64,000 nucleotides of DNA from IMG/VR virus record IMGVR_UViG_3300037808_002146; one strand, 5' to 3'. The position numbers and the translations under genes are program-made. Of this stretch, positions 24,602 to 34,300 are shown piece by piece. Under the pieces are notes generated by a model that ran no database searches, had not been told where the DNA came from, and was given only the letters and a program-made list of their open reading frames with translations. The stretch is from a virus (Duplodnaviria; Caudoviricetes). Each line of letters opens with the position of its first letter. The first letter of the stretch is position 1.

Positions 24602-24607
24602 ATCATA

Positions 24608-27550
24608 TTAAGTAGATTCAATTTCCTTAATAGCTCGGCTGATAGAGCTTCCTACGTTAGTATATGCTCCATAGGCATTCAACGGCTGGAATGTCCAGTT
24701 AGTTTCGAATTTGTCCGCTGAGATTTCGTGAGAAACTTTAGAACAGCAATAGATGTTATCAGCGCTAGTGCCGGTACCGAAATCAACAAAAAATGTTTGG
24801 CCTATAGTTGCTATAGGAAAACCAAAAGATGTCATTGAAAGAGACGTAGGCGCAATCTGGAGAGGTAGTCCGGCTTCTCTCAAACCTAACGCGCTGATTC
24901 CGTTACCTAATCCTGACCTTCTCATATTGATGTTAGTCAAAGCTGGGTTATTCATTGAGGCCAAGTTAGCAGAAGTAATATTCGTATTACTAGTTCCGTA
25001 CATTAAACTTGGCATAGATTGGGCTATGAAGTTTTTAACTTTTTGAAAATCAGTTTTTACCCTAAAAGTAATACCACCAGAATCCGTAAAATCTGATTCA
25101 CTGACTGAGGTCGTTTCAGGGTCAGCTACAATAATCCCGGCTGTCAAGGCCTGATTTATATGATTAATCATTGTTGCTTTATTGCCGCTCTTATCTTCTC
25201 CTTTTTTCATTGCGGTTTTAGAGACGCCAGCCGAAAACGAAGACAGAGAATCTGACTGGGCTGCTTGCAACATTTGTGATAAAGACGAATAAGAAGTTGC
25301 ATTTTGATCGAAAATGTGAATCCTGTATATTGACTGACTCTCCAACTTACCTGCTAAACACTCACACTGCATTTGTATTCTAGGGACTTTAAAACCAAAA
25401 TCTTCATCTTTGTCTGATATCCCATAAGCATCCATGAGTCTAAGATCTTTTTCACTACGTAATAAATCTTTTCCGGTTTTTTCATCTTCGAACTTTTTAT
25501 GCAGCTTCTTTTTTCCTGGATTTTCTTTATCATTTACATAAAGGTTGGATAGCCCGTAGGCTTCTGCAGTTTGACTTGAAATAAAATTTTTAGTCAAAAA
25601 TTTTATAAATGCGCCAATAGGCATGTTAGTGGAGGTTTTACAAGCTTCTTTAAATTTTTCAGTAAAAGTTGAAAACTTTATTGGAAAACTTGCTATTGAC
25701 GCGTTTTTCATATAAGAAGCTTTATCATTAAAAGAATAAAAAACAAATTGTACTTCGTCAAATTGACCAGTGCCACATAGCGGAGCTCCAGCGAACGCTA
25801 ATACCAAGCTACCAAAAGTGGTATAAGCAGCATCATCTGATTTAATGTTAATGTATTCAGAAATTTTTCCTTTAAAATCTTGTGCAAAAGGATCTTTTTG
25901 TGGATGCTTATCTTCCTTGGCTGTAAATTTTCTCTTAATTTTGTGGCCTCTAAGCTTAGCATCCACTATAGCAGCCATACTTTTTTGAGCTTTTGGAATT
26001 GCTTTTTGAAGTTTTTTCAAAAGAGGCAGTACTTTCTTTAAATCCCCGGGAGAACCAGCTTTCCTAACAGCTTTAATATACTCGTTTATTTCTTTCTTAA
26101 TATCTCCATCAAATCCCATAGCGGAACGTGTATCGGACATACTTGATAAAATTTTACTGCTGCTTACGCTTTTAGAACCTTTTTTGCCTCCGCGTTTTTT
26201 GCTTCTAGCTATTTTGACAGCTTCAGTCAAATCTTTAACGTCTTTTAATGCAGTAGCTACTGCGGTTCCTTCTGTTATCCTAGATAGTTCTATTTGAGAC
26301 GATCCCTTAAGAGAAAGTTTTAAACTAATTTGAACTTGGCCGACTTGATCGAAGGTAAAACTTGAATTTACAATTCCGTATTGTTCAGTACACTTTAAAC
26401 TATCTAAAAACTTTCCGTATACATTACTATTCAATAGCCCATCAGGATGAGACCACCCATACGTAACTAACATACTGGTTTTCCCATAGAGATCTGGTTT
26501 AACGAACTCTGCAATTTCTGAAAGTCTAGAGCGGTCATGCAAAACTAAATTCATTTGAGCTGATTTAAAAGAGAGTAAACCGGCGGATGGAACTAAGTCT
26601 ACTTTAAAACTAGATAGACTCATAAGCGGCCTAAACTTATCAATAATTGCAGCGCCTCTGTGACTTGGAACACTTCCGTCGCCATAAGATTCATCTGCGT
26701 TAACAAGCGTTTGCGGAGAAGTAAAGATCTCCATACCAGCAGAAGTCATTGCTGGATCTTCTCTTTTTTCACTTTCGTCAGTATGCTTTGGAGGCGGGGT
26801 ATTTAAAATATTCTTTTTAACCCTCAAATCTACAGCGTTAGCTATTGTTTTGTCCGCATCATCGGGTTCGAAATTACCTCTTAGAAATTGGAGCATCGAT
26901 ATAGATTGAACTTTTTTTGTATCTGAAATTGCTGGTGTTGGGGGAACTAAAACAACATCTAAAAAAGGAACACATCTAGACATTTCTAGCGTAGGGATAG
27001 CACTTAAAAATATTTGCGCAGACGGAGTTCCTCTTTTCGTAGGGTTTAGTGCGTGCGGCCCTACAACAAACGCAGAAAGCGCGGGCTTTGCTTTGGAAGG
27101 TTGCTGCGGATTCTGGTTAACGGGAATTAGTGATTTGTCTTTTGGACCAGCACTAAAAGGTTCAGTGAAATCCCTCAAACTAGTTTGACGGCCTAACTTA
27201 TCGCCGCCTTTGGTAATTGCTGCTTCTGAATCTTCATATACCACTAGCAAAGTATCTTGTAACATCTTTATGTGATCGTTGTTTGTTCCAGTATTGAACT
27301 TATTAATTTTTTCTATTATCTCATAAGCAAAGTACGCATGCCCTTGCGATTGTAACAAACTAATTACGCTTGCTATCCCAGATTCAGGGGGTGCTTTTCC
27401 ATCAATCATATCAAAATATATTTTCTTGATATCTTTAGATTCAGAAGCTCCCGTTAATATGTTAAAAACATCGTCTTTTGATAGTACTCCGAAGTAAGCT
27501 TTTAAGTCTTCGACAGCTTGATCTAACCTAGTTTTTGAACTTCTTGACAT
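24608..27550 (-). CDS. large baseplate hub-like protein (gp27/GpD-like segments)
   Basis: Follows LysM and tube-initiator genes. Contains a SMLVTYGWS segment and C-terminal G.P...GQTFFVDFG..DNIYCCSKVSHEI..KFET pattern typical of hub proteins. Confidence 0.5.
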   Translation of the reverse strand: MSRSSKTRLDQAVEDLKAYFGVLSKDDVFNILTGASESKDIKKIYFDMIDGKAPPESGIASVISLLQSQGHAYFAYEIIEKINKFNTGTNNDHIKMLQDTLLVVYEDSEAAITKGGDKLGRQTSLRDFTEPFSAGPKDKSLIPVNQNPQQPSKAKPALSAFVVGPHALNPTKRGTPSAQIFLSAIPTLEMSRCVPFLDVVLVPPTPAISDTKKVQSISMLQFLRGNFEPDDADKTIANAVDLRVKKNILNTPPPKHTDESEKREDPAMTSAGMEIFTSPQTLVNADESYGDGSVPSHRGAAIIDKFRPLMSLSSFKVDLVPSAGLLSFKSAQMNLVLHDRSRLSEIAEFVKPDLYGKTSMLVTYGWSHPDGLLNSNVYGKFLDSLKCTEQYGIVNSSFTFDQVGQVQISLKLSLKGSSQIELSRITEGTAVATALKDVKDLTEAVKIARSKKRGGKKGSKSVSSSKILSSMSDTRSAMGFDGDIKKEINEYIKAVRKAGSPGDLKKVLPLLKKLQKAIPKAQKSMAAIVDAKLRGHKIKRKFTAKEDKHPQKDPFAQDFKGKISEYINIKSDDAAYTTFGSLVLAFAGAPLCGTGQFDEVQFVFYSFNDKASYMKNASIASFPIKFSTFTEKFKEACKTSTNMPIGAFIKFLTKNFISSQTAEAYGLSNLYVNDKENPGKKKLHKKFEDEKTGKDLLRSEKDLRLMDAYGISDKDEDFGFKVPRIQMQCECLAGKLESQSIYRIHIFDQNATSYSSLSQMLQAAQSDSLSSFSAGVSKTAMKKGEDKSGNKATMINHINQALTAGIIVADPETTSVSESDFTDSGGITFRVKTDFQKVKNFIAQSMPSLMYGTSNTNITSANLASMNNPALTNINMRRSGLGNGISALGLREAGLPLQIAPTSLSMTSFGFPIATIGQTFFVDFGTGTSADNIYCCSKVSHEISADKFETNWTFQPLNAYGAYTNVGSSISRAIKEIEST

Positions 27551-27564
27551 ATTTGAGCAAACCT

Positions 27565-27852
27565 CTATACAAGCGCAGCAACTTGCATTAGATTAGTAGG
27601 GATAAGTAAATGAGTTCCTGGTGGGACTTGCAAATTCCAACCGATACCACTAGTACCGGCAATTACCCACCATAACCTAGAATCTCCATATTCTTCTCCT
27701 GCAAGCGTATCTAGCCTCTCTCCTTCTCTTAGGAAATCTTCCCTAACAGAAATTATACCGCTTGTAGCTGCATCTCTTAGAATTTTACCTGGTATGTAAG
27801 TTCCGTAAAAGGTTCCTCCTCCTAGAACAGGCGCTGGTAGATATCTTTTCAA
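27565..27852 (-). CDS. LysM-domain baseplate protein (gp53/GpX-like)
   Basis: EGERLDTLAGEEYGDSRLWWVIA and IP at the end of the LysM. Located in the tail module. Confidence 0.8.
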   Translation of the reverse strand: MKRYLPAPVLGGGTFYGTYIPGKILRDAATSGIISVREDFLREGERLDTLAGEEYGDSRLWWVIAGTSGIGWNLQVPPGTHLLIPTNLMQVAALV

Positions 27853-27864
27853 TTTATTATCCCC

Positions 27865-30800
27865 TTAGTCATCTTGTCTCTTTCCTAAAGAAGATTGGAC
27901 TTTGTCAAAAGATTCCTGTGTTTTTGAAGATTCGACTCCATAATCAAGAGTATTCGCTAACTCATCTCCGGAGAGATGGGCTGATATATCCCCAACAGGG
28001 TATAATGGTGCGCGCATTCCACCTTGAGAATCCATCCCGGGAGCAATATCATGAATAGGAGCAAATGATATACTAACTTTAATCATCTTGGGAGCTCTTT
28101 TCGTCAACTTGCCAGTTTCGAAGGTAGAGTCTGCATAATCAAAATCTAAAGATGTTATAAAGCCGGCTAGCCCTCGACCTTGAGTTGATTCATAAGCCTT
28201 CATTATAGAGTTCTTCTTTGGATCAAAAAATTCTCCTGCGGCAGCAGCTTCTGATAAATCATTCAACTTATTCTTAGTTGGAGCTGCCTCAGTCGTAATA
28301 AGCTTGAGATCCGAAGCTAACACTATCATTTCAAATTTGTCATCTTTATAAGGGTTAGCGGGATCTTTGCTATTAGCGAATTTTACTCTATATTGATAAG
28401 GTTTTTTAATTACGTACTCTTCCCCCAAACTATCATCTACTTTTGGACCGCCAGGTCTATCTTCTGCTTTTTCTATAGTAACTACAGCATCCGATCTAGT
28501 CCAGGTATAGATAGGGAGTTTTGGAGGGCCCATGAAACCAGTGGATCCATTTTTCATAGTAACATATGGGTGAGCGGTAGATCTTTTTAAAATAACGGTA
28601 GAGCCAGCTTTAAAAGTATCTTGCTCACTTATTATGTCTATTGCACCAACTAAGTTATTCCTATGCTTATCAACTTCTTCGTTGGCCGGGTCGGCATCAT
28701 CATATTTTGGTTTGCCATAAGTAAATTTAGAATCTGGTTCTTTGCTAGCGTCTTGCGCGCCAAACAACTTCATTAAGTTAAACTTAGAACCATTAGATCT
28801 AATAAAATCACCAACCCTCAACCTAATCATAGGGCTAGCGGTTGGTATTTGCGAAAACGGCATAATAAAGCTATTTTTTTCAGATGCTAGTTGACGGCCT
28901 TGAGACCATTGCGGGTAAACCATATTCGTTAACTTATTAACACTAAGCCACATGGAGTCAAAGTCATCTTCTGAAGTTGAGATCAGCCAAAAGCTTAGGT
29001 TTATCGATCTTGAAGTTTTTGTATATATTTTGACTGTATCGACTCGGCCATAAGCGTCAGTATCTGCATATGAAACGGAGAAAGAGTCTTTCATATCGGT
29101 GATAAAAGCATGAAAGCTGATTATTTCGTTTGTTCTAAGATCATGAAAGTAAAATGGCATATACTCTGATTCTAACTCATCTTCAAATTTTTTAACTTCT
29201 TCACTTTCTATTCTTCCGTTAGAGACAAAGTCTATCCTGCGGCGATGACTCTCTGTTCCTTCGAAGTCTCCAACTTTAGCCGCTACAGCAGTCATAATAT
29301 CCGGACCGTTGTTAACGATATCTTTAGCGTTCAACAGCCCAAGTGGCAAAATCATTCTTGCTGGTGCGCTGCGATGTCTCCAAGCTAAAGCATTGGAAGT
29401 TTTTTGCACCCTGCTTTTTGTAACTCGAGTTGCGCCATTGTCTTGCATTTGTTCGATTCTCTGTCCACTTAAACCAGAGAAATCCATTATTTCCCCCATT
29501 TTTACGCGTTCACCAACTACTGCACAAGCCATAAAGAATTTAAATGAAGCTAGCCCTGAAAATAAAGAGAGCAACTTCGTCAACACAGCCTTGACAGAAC
29601 CTCCCAATAAGGCAGCTTCGCCAACAGCACCTAAGACTAAGAGTGGATCTGCGAATATCTCTAAAATTGTATCATTATCTCTCATAATGTTACGAATAAT
29701 ATTTACATAAAAACCTTTCGACTCATTGATACGATCAATAAAATCAAAAATATTTATTACTTCGCCGGCGAACCATATACCGAGGGTCAAAAAATTGCCT
29801 AAGTCTCCATCTGGACGTCTTTCCTTTTTCATTCGAAAAAATGCTGCTAGTCCATATCCAATGCATGTAAACACAGGATATCTGAGGTTGGGTACGCCAA
29901 TATTGACTAATCCCGCTGACGGAGCATCTGTTGATTGACCCATGGGCAATGAACTTGGATCTTTACCTTGCGCTCTTTCATCGGTGAATTCCTTAAAAAG
30001 CAGCTCTAAAAATATTCCGATTACGAAGCTGAGTCCAAAGAGAGTTACTAAACCTTGCAATATGAAAGTCGTAGCTGCTAGTGGATTACCGGTAAACGTT
30101 TCTAAGTAAGAGTTTGTAGCACCATAAGATTTTCCATCGTTTATAGAGTAAAAATTTTCATCGCCATCAAAAGGGTTTTGGCCTTCTGACCAGCTGTCTT
30201 CAGCATCATCAGCTAGTCCTATGTCCACTTTAGGTCGGCCACGCCTGTTAGAACCTTTATGAGCATTCATTGCATAGGTATCACTCACAGATACTCTTGT
30301 GTCTATAAAAGATCCAGGTATAACAGTGAAAAAATTCTCGTCAGATGGGTCTCCCTCTTTTCCTGAATGTCCTGTTTGCTTTAGCATCAAAGAAGCAGCA
30401 ATTTTCTTAAGATCTGAAATTGCTAAATCACCTAGTGGGGTATTTCTAGTATAAACGCCAAGTTCTGGTTGAATGGAACCGTAGGCAGCTTTGGGATTAG
30501 TAAAAGCACTATCTCTTATATAAGGAGACTTTTCCGAAGGAGAAAAACGATTATTTTGTAAAATCGAGGAAATCCTTTTTTGAACTATAGGAGCTTGATC
30601 GGGCACTACATACGCGAGTTTATTTCTCCCTGTTGGATCTGTAAGAGCTGAAGTTTGCGGATTAGTCCCTTTAATCTCCCTTAAGAGATTATGCCCAGAG
30701 CCTCTTTCGTTTTTATCAAAAAAAGTTTTGAGAGTAGCGGTCTTATCTTCGATGTCTGTAAAGGCTCCCGAGTCCGATGCCGTTCTTAACCCACGGGCTT

Positions 30801-31125
30801 CTTGTGTATCTGCCGCTAATGAAACAAATTGGTTTTCGTTGGTATCTGTCCTTATCTCCGCTACTTTGCCCGTTGAGTTTGAGTGGATGTCAATCTCTTC
30901 GTCTAAGCTTGTCTTTTCTTTAGTTTTCGGATCGGTTAGCTGGTTGTGAGATATCGGGAAAGCATTACCTCTGTCTTTTGTTAACCCACTTAGATAGTCT
31001 TTTAGGGTAGCTTTAGTAGCTTTAGGTAAATCATCTTTCCCTAACTCTACTCGACCAGGACGACCAGTATCAGGCGCACCAAACTCTCCAGAACCTTCGG
31101 GATATATTTTTTTATCATCAGACAC
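27865..31125 (-). CDS. baseplate/tail-tube-initiator-like protein with hydrophobic central region
   Basis: Tube-fold-like block PFYFHDLR..ISFHAFITDMKDSFS..YGRVD.VKIY..T.RSINLSF and GFITSLDFDY..P..IKVSISF. Several transmembrane-like stretches. GTG start. Confidence 0.55.
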   Translation of the reverse strand: MSDDKKIYPEGSGEFGAPDTGRPGRVELGKDDLPKATKATLKDYLSGLTKDRGNAFPISHNQLTDPKTKEKTSLDEEIDIHSNSTGKVAEIRTDTNENQFVSLAADTQEARGLRTASDSGAFTDIEDKTATLKTFFDKNERGSGHNLLREIKGTNPQTSALTDPTGRNKLAYVVPDQAPIVQKRISSILQNNRFSPSEKSPYIRDSAFTNPKAAYGSIQPELGVYTRNTPLGDLAISDLKKIAASLMLKQTGHSGKEGDPSDENFFTVIPGSFIDTRVSVSDTYAMNAHKGSNRRGRPKVDIGLADDAEDSWSEGQNPFDGDENFYSINDGKSYGATNSYLETFTGNPLAATTFILQGLVTLFGLSFVIGIFLELLFKEFTDERAQGKDPSSLPMGQSTDAPSAGLVNIGVPNLRYPVFTCIGYGLAAFFRMKKERRPDGDLGNFLTLGIWFAGEVINIFDFIDRINESKGFYVNIIRNIMRDNDTILEIFADPLLVLGAVGEAALLGGSVKAVLTKLLSLFSGLASFKFFMACAVVGERVKMGEIMDFSGLSGQRIEQMQDNGATRVTKSRVQKTSNALAWRHRSAPARMILPLGLLNAKDIVNNGPDIMTAVAAKVGDFEGTESHRRRIDFVSNGRIESEEVKKFEDELESEYMPFYFHDLRTNEIISFHAFITDMKDSFSVSYADTDAYGRVDTVKIYTKTSRSINLSFWLISTSEDDFDSMWLSVNKLTNMVYPQWSQGRQLASEKNSFIMPFSQIPTASPMIRLRVGDFIRSNGSKFNLMKLFGAQDASKEPDSKFTYGKPKYDDADPANEEVDKHRNNLVGAIDIISEQDTFKAGSTVILKRSTAHPYVTMKNGSTGFMGPPKLPIYTWTRSDAVVTIEKAEDRPGGPKVDDSLGEEYVIKKPYQYRVKFANSKDPANPYKDDKFEMIVLASDLKLITTEAAPTKNKLNDLSEAAAAGEFFDPKKNSIMKAYESTQGRGLAGFITSLDFDYADSTFETGKLTKRAPKMIKVSISFAPIHDIAPGMDSQGGMRAPLYPVGDISAHLSGDELANTLDYGVESSKTQESFDKVQSSLGKRQDD

Positions 31126-31297
31126 TGTTTTTATCTACCAATTCTTCTTTGATGTATTTTAACAAACCTTTTCTAGCACTTGGGTGATCAAGAAGCTTCC
31201 TTATGTTAAGTATGATATCATCGTATTTATCAAAAGGAAAATTTTCTAAAATTTTCTCATAAGTTTTTTCTAGTTTCTCTTTTTCTTCTTTAGTCAT
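31118..31297 (-). CDS. hypothetical protein (59 aa, below the ORF-track cut-off)
   Basis: MTKEEKEKLEKTYEKILENFPFDKYDDIILNIRKLLDHPSARKGLLKYIKEELVDKNSV. GAGGT RBS, and its stop overlaps the next GTG start. Fills the 31126-31301 gap. Confidence 0.7.
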   Translation of the reverse strand: MTKEEKEKLEKTYEKILENFPFDKYDDIILNIRKLLDHPSARKGLLKYIKEELVDKNSV

Positions 31298-31301
31298 TCT
31301 G

Positions 31302-34300
31302 TTACCTCGCCGCTAACTTAACTGTTCGTTCGCCCATCTTTTTCTTATCAGATATAGTATCTACCATCTTTTCAGCGTCTAGTTCTACTTTTATGTTAAC
31401 TGTGAAATTTAATTGGTCACTCTTAATCGTAAATTTATCGCTTGTTACGCCAAGGGCTTCTGCAAATTTATCAAGTTTGAGGGATAAATCAATTGGCGCT
31501 CCGCCATTTAAATTTTGGAAAGCTTCGTAAGTACTGTTGTATGCTTCAACCATGTCTCCAGCTGCAGTTGCCATTATACCATCGGGGCCGAAATACTTAG
31601 CTTGATATCCTTTAAAGATACTACTAACTCTCATCAAGGCTTTTCCAAAAGATTTAAGGGGACCCATTTTAATTTTAACTCCGCCAATATCATTGAGAGA
31701 GTTGAGGGTTCCCACACTTGTCTTTAAACCTCCAACTAGGCCTTCTATTTTTCCGGCCAAGGAGCCGATGCTGGTGGCCATTGGCAGATCAGCTACAACA
31801 GATCCAAACTTAGAAACTTTTCCTATAGTTTTTATAGCAGAGTCAACTTTTGTCAATAGCGATTCATCTGGTTTAAAGGTTTTGAGATAATCAAAAATAT
31901 CCGATATATCCCATCCGCCAGCTGTAGGGCCGATGGCTTTGACAAAACCTTCAACAACAGCCGCAACGGTTGCAATGAAGACTGCAGCACCCATTTTACC
32001 AGACATAGATCCTTTCCATTTTTGTATTACATCACCAAACATCGTTAATGCAGACATAGTTTTTTCTACGATCACTACTTTTTTAGTGATTGCGTTCAAG
32101 TCTCCATCAATTTTAATTCCTGTGATAGCTTTGACAACAACTTCGAGATTTTCAGTTATGACTCCTATGACTCCCTTAATGCCGCACATCATCTGTGCAA
32201 CTCTCTCCTTCATATCTTTGTCTTTTTTATACCAAGCTGTTTCTCCAGTGGGGATCATCTTCATTGCTGCCCCTAGGCCAGTTGCAAACTTAGCGACAGA
32301 TTCTACCGCTAAGCTAACAATTTTCATTTTTGGTTCTGCTGTCTTTGGGTCTCCAACATGCTTTTCTAGATCTAAAACCGATTTCACTATTACCGGTAGA
32401 TCTGTTTTGATAGCTAATAATATTTTTGTCACGCCGCCGATTACGGCATCCATAGTTTTTTGTGGTCCAGGACCAAACATGCCACCGCCTAATTCGCTAA
32501 CTACTTTCAATGGAGAAAACAAAGCAGAAGCCAGTTGAGCAACCGCGGCGATGATTTGAGCCACAATTCTAGCCTTTGCGTTATTATCTTTTCCACCGGG
32601 CATTGCTTTGGCCATTTTAGATATTTCTTTTATTACGATAGTTAGCGATACCCCGACTGCTAGTACAAACTTGCTCATGGCATTGATCATAGTATCCATT
32701 TTTCCGCCAGTCAACATTTTAGATACACGAGCTAGTTTTCCAACCTTTATACCCATTTCTCCAAGTTGTTGCATTGCAGCAACTGCGGCGCCTACTATTT
32801 CTATTTGCAGTTTGACATGACTGGCATTTTTAATTTTCATTTCAGATATTGCTTTTATCATCTTTATTATCGAAGGAGTAGTATCAATAAAGAATTCAGC
32901 AGCAGTCTTAACACCTTTCGTGAATGAACTGCCAAAAATAGCAGACATGATCCCAAAGCTTTTTGCAACTCTTTTCAACTTTATGATAGAATCGATTATT
33001 TTGTCTAGTGCAAAAAGGCCAAAGCTAACAACTTCTTTATTCTTATGCATAAGTTTGAATGCTGGCATCGCACTTTCAATGGCACTGGCAAATATTAATA
33101 TTGCACCTTCAAAAAACGCAGCGCCGGCTTTTAAACCAATAGCAGCAACGATAAAACCTAAACCGCCTAGAGCCATAAGCCCACCCGAAACAAATAGTGC
33201 ACCTGTAGCTAAAACCGCGATTCCTACGCCAGCAAGAGTTGATGCGAATTTTTTCCAGTTAATATCTTCGGCTTTGGTTTGAACTATGTCGATCGCTTTA
33301 GCATACTCTAAAATGCCAACTCTAAAGAGAGCGGCTGCTCCAACCAAGCCAGCTGCAGCCGCGACCATTCCAAAACCGGCTAACGCAAACACCACACCAG
33401 CACCCAAGAGTGCAACGGTGGCTGCGATTGCTATTCCGACGCCAGCAAGAGTTGATGCGAATTTAATCCACTTTATCTTTTCTGTCCACTCGCTGATTTT
33501 ATCAATTGCAATAGAATAAGCCATAACTCCGACAGTAAAGAGAACAGCAGCTGCGACGAGTCCGATTCCAGCTGGGATCATGAGGGGAAGCAACTCTGAT
33601 AAAGTGAATCCGATTGCGACGAGCTTAACTGTTGAAAGTATTGCTGCTCCAACCACTAGGAATGTTTTAGCTATTCCTCCCCATGTTACTTTTTCGAGCA
33701 TTGTAGCAGCTAACGCGACTGCTGCTGAGAATGCTACGACCGCAAAAGCGAATAATGTTACTAACGCGAGGAGAACGACAGTAGCTTTACCAATGGCCGG
33801 CCAGGGTATTGCGGCAAAGGATGCAATGAATGCAGCGAATCCACCGGCGGCTGGTGCTGCACCGCCGGCTGCAGCGCCGGCTTTAGCGGTGGCAGCGGAA
33901 GCTAGAACCCACTTCGTCATCCCAGCAGCTAGTATCTTTAAAAGTCCACCGCCTGCAGCGAAAGCTAAACCTTTAATCATTGCTAGTACGAACATCGGCG
34001 CTATAACCCATTTTGCAATAAACATAGCGATTGGCTTCCAGTTTTTGCTTAGATAGCCTTTGACTGCATCGAATGCCGAGATGAGAACAGGCTGGACCTT
34101 CTTCCAGAGCCACTTGCCTACAACCTTGAGAGTAACAAGCAGGAACTCTCCAAGGCGCATGAAAGCACTACCAATCTGACCCATCGCTTTTCCTTTTCCT
34201 CCAACGAAGCCAGATATCTTATCAACAAACTCTTGGAGTATGTCTTCGGGATTTCCCGTACCTGTTATTAAAAAGTCAGCGAATTTTTTTACTGTTTCTT

